The position numbers were made by a program, and so were the translations under genes. Of a stretch of 32,000 nucleotides of DNA, positions 19,201 through 27,985 are shown piece after piece. Position 1 is the stretch's first letter. Every line of letters starts with the position of its first letter. This stretch comes from an uncultured Erysipelotrichaceae bacterium (lineage in GTDB: Bacteria > Bacillota_I > Bacilli_A > Erysipelotrichales > Erysipelotrichaceae). Under the pieces are notes generated by a model. It ran no database searches and was not told the DNA's origin. It saw only the letters and a program-made list of their open reading frames with translations. The DNA is taken from positions 570,001-602,000 of the forward strand of contig OW818653.1 of assembly GCA_942492995.1 (NCBI GenBank), written 5' to 3'.

Positions 19201-20597
19201 CAAAAGTATTATTTGGAGAAGACCATGTATTTAGAGCTGGAACCATATCCACTGTAGCGCAAAGAACAGCTTATGGTTATATTAAAGGATATCTTGAGGA
19301 AATGGGACTTCAGAATACACATCGTCAAGCCATGATGCTTTATTTAGCGAATGGTTGTGAAGGTGTCAAGAAAACGTCTGGTCAACATCCAGGTGGTATT
19401 ATTGTAATCCCGCAAGATAATGATGTTCATGATTTTACGCCTGTACAATATCCAGCAAATAAGAGTCAATCTGAATGGTTAACTACGCATTTTGAATTTG
19501 CGGATATTCATGATAATGTACTAAAATTAGACATTCTTGGACATGTTGATCCAACAGCTATGAAGTTTCTAGAGAAATATTCAAATGTAGATGTTCGACA
19601 AATTAAAATGAATGATGAAGAAGCAATTTCCGTATTTTCTTCAACAAAAGCCCTTAAAATTAAGAATCCAAATTACAATGAAAAAACTGGTGCTGTTGGT
19701 TTGCCTGAATTCGGAACTGGATTTGTACGTCAAATCTTAGAACTAACTAAACCAGAAAAATTCTCTGATTTAGTTCGTATATCTGGCTTATCACATGGTA
19801 CAGATGTTTGGTTAAATAATGCGAAAAGTTTAATTGAAACAGGCTATACACTGAATGATGTTATTGGATGTCGAGATGATATCATGGTGTATTTAATTCA
19901 TAAAGGATTACCTGCAAAATCCGCTTTTGATATCATGGAATCAGTTCGTAAAGGCAAGGGTCTTAAAGAAGAATGGAAGTCACTAATGGCTTCTTATAAT
20001 GTCCCAGAATGGTACATACAATCTTGTTTAAAGATTAAGTATATGTTCCCTAAAGCCCATGCGATTGCATATGTATTGATGGCTGTTCGAGTTGCGTGGT
20101 TTAAAGTTAATCGACCTTTGGTTTATTATGCAAGTTACTTTAGTCTTAGAGCTACGTCTCACGAATATGAAACATATGTATTAGGTGAGGCAAAAGTCTT
20201 AGAACGATTAAAAGACATACAACGTCGCTTAAATGATAATCGCTTAAAATCAAGTGTTACACATAAAGAAGAAGAGCTCGTTTCAAGTTTAGAAGTAGTT
20301 TATGAGATGATGAGTCGTGGTTATTATTTTAGCCCATTACAATTAAATATCTCACATGCGACAGAGTTCATTCTTGATTCTAAGAATCCAAAAAATCTAA
20401 TTCCACCATTTACAATTGTCGATGGATTAGGTGATAACGTCGCAAAATCAATCGTGTCTGCACGTGAAAAGAAGGCGTTTATTTCTAAAGAAGATCTTGT
20501 CGCTAGAACACAAGTGAACACTTCAGTAATTAAAAAATTCGATGCGTATGGTTTATTAAATCATTTAGATGATGAAAACCAAATGCGTTTGTTTTAG
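16275..20597 (+). CDS. polC: DNA polymerase III PolC-type (alpha subunit with PHP and 3'-5' exonuclease domains)
   Basis: 1440 aa. PHP 'VELHLHTNMSEMDG', exonuclease 'YVVLDLETTGL' and 'HNANFDIGF' and 'HRADYDTE', Zn-finger 'CPKCHH...CPKCD', and polymerase core 'PDIDLNFSG'. The start overlaps the upstream stop (ATGA). Confidence 0.97.
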   Translation: MINQELLQKLDIKALDRVYFNDSRIDRIRFYRETKILNVVLKLKQTIPFTLYEKLVSSIENNTNVKCELELITEECDLVHKDLQQYINYCIDKFNLNELDHNRLSILEDRTLYFIVESTDLHEKLNLQLIKLQELLNRFGITYLCKSRLNNDEPVEIESIPQMISAEPEFNKAQIKTKRIKKEDSLLVPLKDCVLGQRGIKVRGKIFQIDSQWIKNNTTLRQTVFFHDEEDALSFSQFLDEKSQIEKFGLLNKGDCIEVYGDTIYDNFTKDIQIQVKDIRLIQDWMVRRDESNDKRVELHLHTNMSEMDGVSTIEAYIDQAYQWGHDAIAITDHHSVQAYPKAQKAVEGLIKKNPTRTFKMIYGIEFNMVESKYSIVSNPKNQSLHDSTYVVLDLETTGLSTEFDRIIEFAAIRIQSGMIVDRLQMFVNPHQSLSAFITEKTHIKQADVDQAASIETVIDEWLNFIQDDIILAHNANFDIGFINANLLRLNRPKLTNTVIDTLDLSKALLKDKKYYRLGVIAKHYKISYDESGAHRADYDTEVLHQVFGKMLMSDELSKLKSVNDLCNLDQALAFQKNMKKHVNLLAKNQSGLKSLFQLVTMAHTDRLTNGSTTKSENDGSISEPRICREDIVNHRKDLLVGSSCFNGEIFELAANRSTPELIEAMKFYDYIEIQPLENYRPLIENNSIVNEKRLKDIILRIINTAIECNKLIVATGDAHYLNPMDKRFRDVYIQAKGVGAGRHPLYIYNEQRRQMTVAPDQHLRTTQEMLDSFSYLDKDLAYRLVISNPKFIVNQIEPVKAIKSELYTPSIDGADDNLRKIVYDNAHAKYGNPLPELIYNRIEKELNSIITHGFGVIYYIAHLLVKKSIDDGYMVGSRGSVGSSLVATLANITEVNPLAPHYVCPKCHHSEFINDGTSDSGFDLPNKLCPKCDTYMDMDGHDIPFETFLGFEGDKVPDIDLNFSGDYQDKAHAYTKVLFGEDHVFRAGTISTVAQRTAYGYIKGYLEEMGLQNTHRQAMMLYLANGCEGVKKTSGQHPGGIIVIPQDNDVHDFTPVQYPANKSQSEWLTTHFEFADIHDNVLKLDILGHVDPTAMKFLEKYSNVDVRQIKMNDEEAISVFSSTKALKIKNPNYNEKTGAVGLPEFGTGFVRQILELTKPEKFSDLVRISGLSHGTDVWLNNAKSLIETGYTLNDVIGCRDDIMVYLIHKGLPAKSAFDIMESVRKGKGLKEEWKSLMASYNVPEWYIQSCLKIKYMFPKAHAIAYVLMAVRVAWFKVNRPLVYYASYFSLRATSHEYETYVLGEAKVLERLKDIQRRLNDNRLKSSVTHKEEELVSSLEVVYEMMSRGYYFSPLQLNISHATEFILDSKNPKNLIPPFTIVDGLGDNVAKSIVSAREKKAFISKEDLVARTQVNTSVIKKFDAYGLLNHLDDENQMRLF

Positions 20598-20648
20598 ACT
20601 TGTATTTTGAATGAAAAGAGAGTATTATATTATCCGTAGATAGAAAAC

Positions 20649-20681
20649 AAGGAGTGGTTCGCCACTCCTTAATTATTGTTT
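20649..20681 (+). terminator. Strong hairpin with an interrupted T-tract between polC and rimP (terminator or attenuator)
   Basis: 9-bp stem aaggagtgg (20649-20657) / ccactcctt (20662-20670) with a UUCG tetraloop, followed by aattattgttt. Confidence 0.55.
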
Positions 20682-20690
20682 AAGGAGAAT

Positions 20691-21155
20691 ATGGAACTAA
20701 AAGCAATCGAAACACTCATTTTACCTGTATTAGAAAAACATAAGTGTGAACTTGTGGAATTAAAATGGACGCAAGAGTCCTCAATGAAAATTCTTCAATG
20801 TGCCATTATGTTAGACGATGGATCAATGGATTTGGAAACTTGTTCAATGATTTCGACAGAAATATCACCGATATTGGACGAGAGTCCATTAAAGGATATG
20901 GTTTACTATCTAGAAGTATGTTCGCCAGGAGCTGAACGTGAACTAAATAGTGATCATGATATTACGCGATCAATCATGAAAGAAGTGAAGATTCTATTTC
21001 ATCATCCAGTTGAAAAATCATTAGAATGGACTGGCACACTCTTAAATTATCAAGATGGTCTAGGTTCTATACAAGTACAAATTAAGTCTCGTAAAAAAGT
21101 ATTAAAATTTGAAAAAGAAAATATCGCTAAAATTCGTTTAGCGGTCAAAATTTAA
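20691..21155 (+). CDS. rimP: Ribosome maturation factor RimP
   Basis: 'LEVCSPGAEREL' is the conserved RimP motif. AAGGAG RBS at 20682-20687. The tracked TTG at 20676 was rejected. Position upstream of nusA. Confidence 0.9.
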   Translation: MELKAIETLILPVLEKHKCELVELKWTQESSMKILQCAIMLDDGSMDLETCSMISTEISPILDESPLKDMVYYLEVCSPGAERELNSDHDITRSIMKEVKILFHHPVEKSLEWTGTLLNYQDGLGSIQVQIKSRKKVLKFEKENIAKIRLAVKI

Positions 21156-21166
21156 GGAGAAGATGA

Positions 21167-22825
21167 ATGAATTTTAAAGATTTCTTAGCCGCTATGCAGG
21201 CTTTAGAAGGCAATCGCAACATTACTAAAGAGATTGTATTAGAAGCTTTAAATGAAGCTTTAGTTAAAGCATATCGTAAGCATATTGAAATTCCTGATGC
21301 GTTAGTTAAAGTAGACATTGACCAAAGTAGTGGTGAAGTTGGTTTATTCCAACAATACACTGTTGTGGAAGAAGTTGAAGATGATGAATTAGAAATTTCA
21401 CTTAAGGATGCGCAAGTAATTAATTCTGAATTTAAGATTGGTGATTTACACAGCACTAAAGTTAATATTGATGAACTTGGTCGTGCAGCCGCATTACTCG
21501 CGAAGAATGTTATGAAACAAAAGATTCGTGAAGCTGAAAAGAAAGCTGTTTATGATGAGTACATTGATAAACTAGATGAAATGGTTATTGGGATTGTGGA
21601 ATCAGTTGAGGAAAAATTTGTTGTTGTTAACTTAGGTAAAACACTAGCAATGATGCCAAAAGCTGCTCAAATTCCAAATGAAATGTATAAAGAAGGACAA
21701 AAAATCAGACTTGTAATTACTGAAGTAACTAAAGATACAAAGGGTGCTCAAGTTTTGGTGTCACGTGCTGATACGAAACTTGTTAAACGTTTATTTGAAA
21801 AAGAAGTTCCGGAAATATTCCAAGGAATTGTCGAAATTAAAGCGATTGCTCGTGAAGCGGGTGAGCGTACAAAGATGGCTGTGTTCTCAAAACGCGATGA
21901 CGTAGATCCAATTGGCGCATGTATTGGCCCTCGTGGTTCACGTGTACAAGTTGTTATTGAAGAACTTAAAGGCGAAAAAATTGATATTTTCGAATGGCGT
22001 GAAAACATCATTGAATTGATCAAGAATGCATTAAGCCCAGCACAAATTCTAGCTGTACTTCAAAGTGAAGAAAAGCGTGGAATTGTTGTTGTGGTTGAAG
22101 ATGATCAATTATCATTAGCGATTGGTAAAAAGGGTAAAAATGCTCGTTTGGCTGTTCGTTTAACTGGTATGAAGATTGATATTAAATCACGTACTGATAT
22201 TGAAGTTGAAGGCCGTAATTGGCAAAAAGAAGCATCTGAGTTCTCACTTGAACAAGAAGCTAAGATTGTAGAACGTAAAGCACGTAAACTACAAGAAGAA
22301 CGTCAAAAACAAGCTGAAGTTGAAGCAGTTAAACAAAAAGAATATGAAAACTTGAATGAAGATATTACGTTGAAGGATGATGAAGATACAACAGAAGTTT
22401 ATGATGAAAAAGAATTCATCGCATCTGAAGTTACTAAATCTGTATCAAGTGATGAAGTTAAAGTTGAAAAAGTACCTAGTGTTAAAGTTGAAGAGAAAGT
22501 TGTTGAAAAGGTTGAAAAACCTAAGAAAGAACGTAAACCTCTTGAAGTTAGACATGACTATGTTTCTAAGTTTGAAGCGATAGCGGATAATAAACCTGTT
22601 CCTGAAAAGAAAGAAGTTTTAAAACGCAAGACGAAGAAACAAGAGGAAGAAGAAAGAAGATTAAGACCTTCAGAACTCAAGAAAGACAAGGATTACGATA
22701 TTAAGATTGAGTATACTGAAGAAGAGCTTGCTGAAATCGCATTAAGAGATGCTGTTGAAAATAAACAATGGGAAGATGATGTTGATTTTGATGAGTTTGA
22801 AGACTACTATGAGGATGAAGAATAA
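21167..22825 (+). CDS. nusA: Transcription termination/antitermination factor NusA with a long K/E-rich C-terminal tail
   Basis: NTD, S1 ('GIVESVEEKFVVVNLG') and KH1/KH2 ('DPIGACIGPRGSRVQ', 'LAIGKKGKNARLA') end near residue ~345. About 200 aa of low-complexity tail follow. Confidence 0.95.
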   Translation: MNFKDFLAAMQALEGNRNITKEIVLEALNEALVKAYRKHIEIPDALVKVDIDQSSGEVGLFQQYTVVEEVEDDELEISLKDAQVINSEFKIGDLHSTKVNIDELGRAAALLAKNVMKQKIREAEKKAVYDEYIDKLDEMVIGIVESVEEKFVVVNLGKTLAMMPKAAQIPNEMYKEGQKIRLVITEVTKDTKGAQVLVSRADTKLVKRLFEKEVPEIFQGIVEIKAIAREAGERTKMAVFSKRDDVDPIGACIGPRGSRVQVVIEELKGEKIDIFEWRENIIELIKNALSPAQILAVLQSEEKRGIVVVVEDDQLSLAIGKKGKNARLAVRLTGMKIDIKSRTDIEVEGRNWQKEASEFSLEQEAKIVERKARKLQEERQKQAEVEAVKQKEYENLNEDITLKDDEDTTEVYDEKEFIASEVTKSVSSDEVKVEKVPSVKVEEKVVEKVEKPKKERKPLEVRHDYVSKFEAIADNKPVPEKKEVLKRKTKKQEEEERRLRPSELKKDKDYDIKIEYTEEELAEIALRDAVENKQWEDDVDFDEFEDYYEDEE

Positions 22826-22842
22826 GAAAAGGGAGGGTGTTT

Positions 22843-23106
22843 ATGAAAAAAATACCATTAAGACGTTGTGTTGCGACGATGACACAAGTTCCCAAGAAGG
22901 ATTTATTAAGAATTGTACGTACTCCTGAGGGAGAGATTAAAATAGATCTTACAGGTAAAGCGAATGGGCGTGGAGCGTATTTACTTAAAACCTTAGAAGC
23001 TGTTGATTTAGCTCAAAAAAAAGGCGCATTAAATCGTGCATTGGAGTGTCAAATACCTACCAATGTATATGATGAAATTAGAGCGCTAATTAATGATGCA
23101 AAATAA
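22843..23106 (+). CDS. ylxR: YlxR-family RNA-binding protein (DUF448)
   Basis: 'PLRRCVA...KKDLLRIV...D..GK.NGRGAY' is the signature motif. GGGAGGG RBS at 22831-22837 favours ATG 22843. Confidence 0.85.
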   Translation: MKKIPLRRCVATMTQVPKKDLLRIVRTPEGEIKIDLTGKANGRGAYLLKTLEAVDLAQKKGALNRALECQIPTNVYDEIRALINDAK

Positions 23107-23431
23107 TCTATCGTTTCTTGGATTAATTAAACGTGCAAATGCTTTAGTGAGTGGAGACCGTATGATTGAGGGTATTCGTAAGAAGAATGTTCATTGTGTT
23201 TTATTAAGCAATAGTGCTTCTGAAAGAACTCAAAAAGTCATTCGTAATAAGTGTGCATTTTATAATATTCCGATTATCGATTCATTAAGTACAATTGAAC
23301 TTCAATCTGTACTTAGTGAGAATGTAGTTGCAGTTGGTATTACAAATTATGAAATGGCACAAAAAGTATTAAAAGAAATGAGGTTATTTAATGGCGAAAC
23401 CGATGAGAAAAGGAAACAAGAAGACAACTAA
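23093..23431 (+). CDS. ylxQ: L7Ae-family RNA-binding protein YlxQ
   Basis: 'LGLIKRANALVSG...VLLSNSASERTQKVIRNKCAFYNIP' is L7Ae/L30e-like. Canonical position between ylxR and infB. It overlaps both neighbours. Confidence 0.8.
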   Translation: MMQNNLSFLGLIKRANALVSGDRMIEGIRKKNVHCVLLSNSASERTQKVIRNKCAFYNIPIIDSLSTIELQSVLSENVVAVGITNYEMAQKVLKEMRLFNGETDEKRKQEDN

Positions 23432-25223
23432 AGGTCCAAGCACCTACCGTGAGTTTAAACCTAGAGCTGAACTTGTGACGCAAATAAGTTACGAAGATGG
23501 AATTACAGTTTCTAGCTTAGCTGAGAAATTGAATAAGAATTCTAGTGACTTAATTAAATTGTTATTTATGCTAGGGAAGATGGTAACAATTAACTCTAAT
23601 TTAGATGATGAAACGATCCAACTTATATGTATGGAATATAACGTAGAAGCTACTAAACAAGAACCAGTTGATGAGAATAGTTTAGAAGATACTGAATTAG
23701 ATGATCCAAAAGAATTAACAGATCGTTCGCCTATAATTACAATTATGGGACACGTCGATCATGGGAAAACAAGTTTACTCGATGCGATACGTAAAACAAA
23801 AGTTGCAGAAGGTGAGCATGGAGGAATTACACAACATATTGGTGCTTATCAAGTATCAGTTAATAATAAAAAATTAACATTCTTGGACACACCTGGTCAT
23901 GAAGCGTTTACTTCTATGCGTGCTCGTGGTGCAAAAGTTACGGATATCGTAATTATTGTAGTAGCTGCAGATGATGGTGTAATGCCTCAAACGCGTGAAG
24001 CCGTAGATCATGCTAAAGCAGCAGGTGTACCAATTATTGTAGCAATTAACAAGATTGATAAACCTGGCGCAAACTTTGAAAAACTATACAATTCTATGGC
24101 AGACTTAGATCTTACTCCTGAAGAATGGGGTGGAGATGTTATGTTCTGTAAGTTATCTGCTAAAACAGGTGAAGGAATTCAGAACTTATTAGAATCAATT
24201 TTAGTTGTCGCAGAAGTACAAGGTTTGAAAGCTAATGTTAAACGTTTAGCTTCTGGATCAGTTATTGAAGCACGATTAGATAAAGGTCGTGGACCAGTTT
24301 CAACGTTGTTAGTTCAAAATGGAACGTTAAGAACAGGCGATATTTTAGTTGTTGGGGCTTGTTTTGGTAAAGTTCGTAAAATGACGGATGATAGAGGACG
24401 CGAAATTAAAGAAGCGAAACCTTCAACTCCTGTTGAAATTATTGGTTTAAACGATGTACCTGTTGCTGGTGACAATTTCAAAGTATTTGAGAATGAAAAA
24501 CAAGCACGTGCATTAGCAGAACGTCGTTCACAAGTTAAGATTGATGCAGAACGTAAGGGAAGTAGTTCAGTAAGCTTAGAAGAATTATCTAAGGCTATTG
24601 AAGATGGAATGATTCAAGAAATTAATTTAGTTGTTAAAGCAGACGTTCAAGGTTCTGCCGAGGCAATTAAACAAGCATTAGAACGTATACAAGTTGCGAC
24701 AGTTCGTATCAATGTAATTCGTTCTACTGTTGGTGCAATTAGCGAATCTGACATTATGTTAGCTTCCGCATCTAAAGCGATCGTTATCGGATTTAATGTA
24801 CGTCCTGATGCAGTTGTTCGTAAGAAAGCTGATGAAGAAGGCATTGATATTCGTTTATACAACGTTATTTATGACGCTGTAAACGAAATGGAAAGTGCTA
24901 TGAAGGGTATGTTAGCACCTGTTTATAAAGAAGTTGTTTTAGGACAAGCTTCAGTACGTCAATTATTTAAAGTATCTAAGATTGGTACAATTGCAGGATG
25001 TATGGTTACTGATGGTAAACTAGTACGTGATGCTAAAGTTCGTATCATTCGTGATGGTACTGTAGTTTATACAAGTAAATTAGGCACATTAAAACGTTTC
25101 CAAAATGACGTTAAGGATGTTGCTGCAGGATATGATTGTGGTTTAACCATTGACGGTTTCAATGATATCAAGGAAAATGATGTTATAGAAGCGTATGAGG
25201 ACCAAGAAGTTCCTCAAGTGTAG
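23391..25223 (+). CDS. infB: Translation initiation factor IF-2
   Basis: G-domain 'GHVDHGKTSLLD', 'DTPGHEAF', 'NKIDK', and the C-terminal IF2 domains. GAGGT RBS. Confidence 0.97.
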   Translation: MAKPMRKGNKKTTKGPSTYREFKPRAELVTQISYEDGITVSSLAEKLNKNSSDLIKLLFMLGKMVTINSNLDDETIQLICMEYNVEATKQEPVDENSLEDTELDDPKELTDRSPIITIMGHVDHGKTSLLDAIRKTKVAEGEHGGITQHIGAYQVSVNNKKLTFLDTPGHEAFTSMRARGAKVTDIVIIVVAADDGVMPQTREAVDHAKAAGVPIIVAINKIDKPGANFEKLYNSMADLDLTPEEWGGDVMFCKLSAKTGEGIQNLLESILVVAEVQGLKANVKRLASGSVIEARLDKGRGPVSTLLVQNGTLRTGDILVVGACFGKVRKMTDDRGREIKEAKPSTPVEIIGLNDVPVAGDNFKVFENEKQARALAERRSQVKIDAERKGSSSVSLEELSKAIEDGMIQEINLVVKADVQGSAEAIKQALERIQVATVRINVIRSTVGAISESDIMLASASKAIVIGFNVRPDAVVRKKADEEGIDIRLYNVIYDAVNEMESAMKGMLAPVYKEVVLGQASVRQLFKVSKIGTIAGCMVTDGKLVRDAKVRIIRDGTVVYTSKLGTLKRFQNDVKDVAAGYDCGLTIDGFNDIKENDVIEAYEDQEVPQV

Positions 25224-25231
25224 GAGGTTAT

Positions 25232-25582
25232 ATGGCAATTAGACAACAACGAATCGCTCAAATTATCTTAAAAGAAGTATCTGAAATGTTACAATTTGAA
25301 ATTAAAGATGCAGAAATTGGATTTGTAACTGTTGCAGATGTTGATTTGAGTAATGATTATTCTTATGCAAAGATATTTGTTACCTTTCTCGATAAAGAAA
25401 AAGGTGAAGAAAGTCAGTTAAAAGCATTAAATAAGTATGCTAAGTCAATTCGTGGTGCATTAGGAAAGAAACTTATGATTCGTAAGATTCCAGAAGTTAG
25501 TTTCCATATTGATGCTTCATTTGAACAAGGTAGACGCATTGATGAGATTATTGATTTACTAAACAAAAAGAAAATAAATTAA
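25232..25582 (+). CDS. rbfA: Ribosome-binding factor A
   Basis: 'RQQRIAQIILKEVSEML', 'FVTVADVDLSNDYSYAKIFV', 'RKIPEVSFHID'. AGGAGG RBS. Confidence 0.95.
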   Translation: MAIRQQRIAQIILKEVSEMLQFEIKDAEIGFVTVADVDLSNDYSYAKIFVTFLDKEKGEESQLKALNKYAKSIRGALGKKLMIRKIPEVSFHIDASFEQGRRIDEIIDLLNKKKIN

Positions 25583-25608
25583 AGGCTGAATTTCAGCCTT
25601 TATTTATT
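25581..25608. terminator. Bidirectional terminator shared by convergent rbfA and the radical SAM gene
   Basis: Stem aaaggctga (25581-25589) / tcagccttt (25593-25601), T-rich on both sides. Both stop codons lie inside the hairpin. Confidence 0.7.
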
Positions 25609-26412
25609 AAATCTTAATCGATACGTACAACCCTGACAAAGTGTTTCAACACATTGTCTTTTTTTGAATCCATTTATAAAGTTCAAATATCGATCATTCT
25701 TTAATATTTGATTAAATGATGTTTTATGAATATTACCAACAGAAAGAATCCCATCAGCATCTAAACAACATGGACTAACATCACCATTTGATAGTATAGC
25801 CATCATTTTAGACCCTGAATGACATTTACCTTCAAACGATTGAAATGGTTGATTTAATGTTGGCCATTCAAACTGTGCATCTAAGTCGATAAATAAATTC
25901 TTTTTAACCTGTATTCTTTTGCCTTCATAATTTATTATATTTGGTGTAATAAGAGAATTTAATAGATTATTTAATTGATCATCTTTAAATGACCAAAGTC
26001 TTAAAAAAAGGGATAGATTTAATGTTTCAGTGGTTTCCACAAGTTGTTTGATTAATTTAAAATTGTCATCATTAATTTTAATTTGATTATTATGTAATGA
26101 GATACTTAGTTGTGCTATTGATGGATGTTTGAATAAATCAAATGAATAATTATTTAAGAGCGTACCATTGGTAACTAAATGAACTTTGAAACTTTTTGTA
26201 GAACAATCATCTAAAAATTGTAGTAGATCTGGATGTAATAATGGTTCACCTTGGACATGAAGATATACATGTTCTGTATATCCTTTTATTTGATCTAAAA
26301 TATGATTAAACTCTTTACGATTCATTTGATATGGATTACGTGAATTTTTCATACAAAATGAACAATTTAGATTACAACTATTCGTTATTTCGATATAGAT
26401 TCGTTGAAACAT
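25600..26412 (-). CDS. Radical SAM enzyme with a Cys-rich SPASM/twitch-like C-terminal domain, substrate unknown
   Basis: N-terminal 'TNSCNLNCSFC' (CX3CX2C), 'VQGEPLL' (GGE-like). The C-terminal cysteines are 'CHSG...SPCC' and 'CVETLCQGC'. Confidence 0.8.
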   Translation of the reverse strand: MFQRIYIEITNSCNLNCSFCMKNSRNPYQMNRKEFNHILDQIKGYTEHVYLHVQGEPLLHPDLLQFLDDCSTKSFKVHLVTNGTLLNNYSFDLFKHPSIAQLSISLHNNQIKINDDNFKLIKQLVETTETLNLSLFLRLWSFKDDQLNNLLNSLITPNIINYEGKRIQVKKNLFIDLDAQFEWPTLNQPFQSFEGKCHSGSKMMAILSNGDVSPCCLDADGILSVGNIHKTSFNQILKNDRYLNFINGFKKRQCVETLCQGCTYRLRFNK

Positions 26413-26433
26413 AATACTATTTTATCATTTATA

Positions 26434-26464
26434 TAAAAAAAGTAGGAGATTGATTTCTCCTACT
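26434..26464 (-). terminator. Intrinsic terminator of the ABC transporter operon
   Basis: On the minus strand: stem agtaggaga / tctcctact (26441-26449 / 26456-26464), 6-nt loop, then a U7 run (plus-strand A-run 26434-26440). It overlaps the ATPase stop codon. Confidence 0.8.
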
Positions 26465-27194
26465 ACTGAGTTCTGAAACGTGACAAGAATTCTTTTGTAC
26501 GATCTTCTTTAGGATGATTGAATATCTGATCAGGACTTCCTTCTTCAAGAATAATTCCTTTATCCATAAATAGTACTCTATCAGAAACTTCTTTAGCAAA
26601 TGACATTTCATGGGTTACAATAATCATTGTGCGATGTTCAAGTGCTAACGATTTAATAACATTTAATACTTCACCAACCATTTCAGGATCAAGAGCTGAT
26701 GTTGGTTCATCAAATAACAATACCTTTGGTTCCATACATAGTGTTCTAGCTATCGCTACACGTTGTTTCTGACCACCTGAAAGCGTCATAACAGATGTAT
26801 TCGCAAACTGGGATAATCCAACCTTATCAAGTGTAGAATATGCTAATTTTTCTGCTTCAATACGAGATTTTTTTAGTACTTTCATTTGACCAATTACACA
26901 ATTCTCTAATACAGATAAATGTGAGAATAGATTAAATGATTGAAAAATCATGCCTACTTGAGCTCTATAACTATTAATTCCTTTTATGCTTGAAAGAATA
27001 TCATCTCCTTCAAACTCAATTGTTCCACTCTGATACGATTCAAGTAGATTAATACATCTTAGTAATGTGCTTTTACCACTACCACTAGAACCAATAATAC
27101 TTATGACTTCACCTTTATTAACTGAAAGATTAACATCCTTTAATACTTCATTTTCTCCAAAACGTTTAACTAAGTGATCAATTTTAATAATCAT
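26463..27194 (-). CDS. Amino acid ABC transporter ATP-binding protein (GlnQ/ArtP-like)
   Basis: Walker A 'GSSGSGKST', Q-loop, signature '[13 protein letters not shown]', Walker B '[11 protein letters not shown]', H-loop 'VTHEM'. Confidence 0.9.
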   Translation of the reverse strand: MIIKIDHLVKRFGENEVLKDVNLSVNKGEVISIIGSSGSGKSTLLRCINLLESYQSGTIEFEGDDILSSIKGINSYRAQVGMIFQSFNLFSHLSVLENCVIGQMKVLKKSRIEAEKLAYSTLDKVGLSQFANTSVMTLSGGQKQRVAIARTLCMEPKVLLFDEPTSALDPEMVGEVLNVIKSLALEHRTMIIVTHEMSFAKEVSDRVLFMDKGIILEEGSPDQIFNHPKEDRTKEFLSRFRTQ

Positions 27195-27985
27195 AGTGAT
27201 TTCTCCTTAGCAACATAATGTCCTTTTATGAGTGGAGTTGTTTGACTGTGAGGCCCATCAAATCCACCTAAGTTCATTTTATGTTCAACGTATTTTAATA
27301 CTAAAGTTGTTGAATAGGTTAAGAATAGATAAATTAGCGCAGTAACAAAGAATGTATCACTAAATCGATAGATAATTCCAGCAACCGTTGTGGATTGGAA
27401 GAATAATTCAGTAACACCAATTACATTTAGTACTGAAGTATCTTTTATATTAACTACAAATTCATTACCAATAGCAGGGAATGCATTCTTAATAGCTTGA
27501 GGTAATATAATAAATAACATTGTTTGGAAATTATTCATTCCAATTGATCGAGCAGCTTCATTTTGACCTTTATCAAGTGATTGAATTCCAGCACGGATAA
27601 TTTCAGCCATATAAGCGCCTGTATTAATTGAAACAATAACGATACCAGCAAATATTTTAGCATTTCTAAACAATGGAAGAAATACGTTATATATGAATAC
27701 AGCTTGTACCATCATCGGTGTTCCACGGAATATTTCAACATAAATTGAAGTAAGGAAACGGATTGTTTTAACAAGTGTATGCTTTAATTTTGAATCATAA
27801 TCGTAAACTGGAAGAGCACGCAATATACCAATACCAAGTCCTATTAACAAACCAATGATTGTTCCACTTAGTGCGATTATAATTGTGTTTCGAGCACCAA
27901 AGAAAAACAGGGGAGCATATTTTGAAAATATGTAGACTGAGGCTCCCCATAAATCAGTTGGTATTTTTGTTAGTAAGGTAATCAT
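27191..27985 (-). CDS. Amino acid ABC transporter permease (HisMQ family)
   Basis: Polytopic, with the EAA-like loop '[21 protein letters not shown]'. ATGA overlaps on both sides. Confidence 0.9.
   Translation of the reverse strand: MITLLTKIPTDLWGASVYIFSKYAPLFFFGARNTIIIALSGTIIGLLIGLGIGILRALPVYDYDSKLKHTLVKTIRFLTSIYVEIFRGTPMMVQAVFIYNVFLPLFRNAKIFAGIVIVSINTGAYMAEIIRAGIQSLDKGQNEAARSIGMNNFQTMLFIILPQAIKNAFPAIGNEFVVNIKDTSVLNVIGVTELFFQSTTVAGIIYRFSDTFFVTALIYLFLTYSTTLVLKYVEHKMNLGGFDGPHSQTTPLIKGHYVAKEKSL

Noticed and set aside
16275-20597. Possible intein or insertion in polC
   Set aside because: At 1440 aa it matches the canonical PolC length as I remember it (~1437 aa in B. subtilis). The PHP, exonuclease, Zn-finger and polymerase motifs appear in the normal order without an extra domain.
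2497-22842. Upstream start codons used by the ORF track for rplU (2497), ruvA (4736), murB (8508), divIB (9443), fakA (10618), rimP (20676) and ylxR (22837)
   Set aside because: In each case a downstream ATG fits better. It either has a well-spaced GGAGG-type RBS or, for ruvA, a -10 element 6 nt upstream. It also reproduces the conserved N-terminus of the family. The longer versions start inside the RBS or inside the preceding gene.
23391-23431. 41-nt overlap between ylxQ and infB as a possible frameshift or fusion signal
   Set aside because: infB has its own GAGGT RBS and a normal N-terminus. YlxQ simply runs a few codons long. No slippery heptamer or downstream structure was seen.
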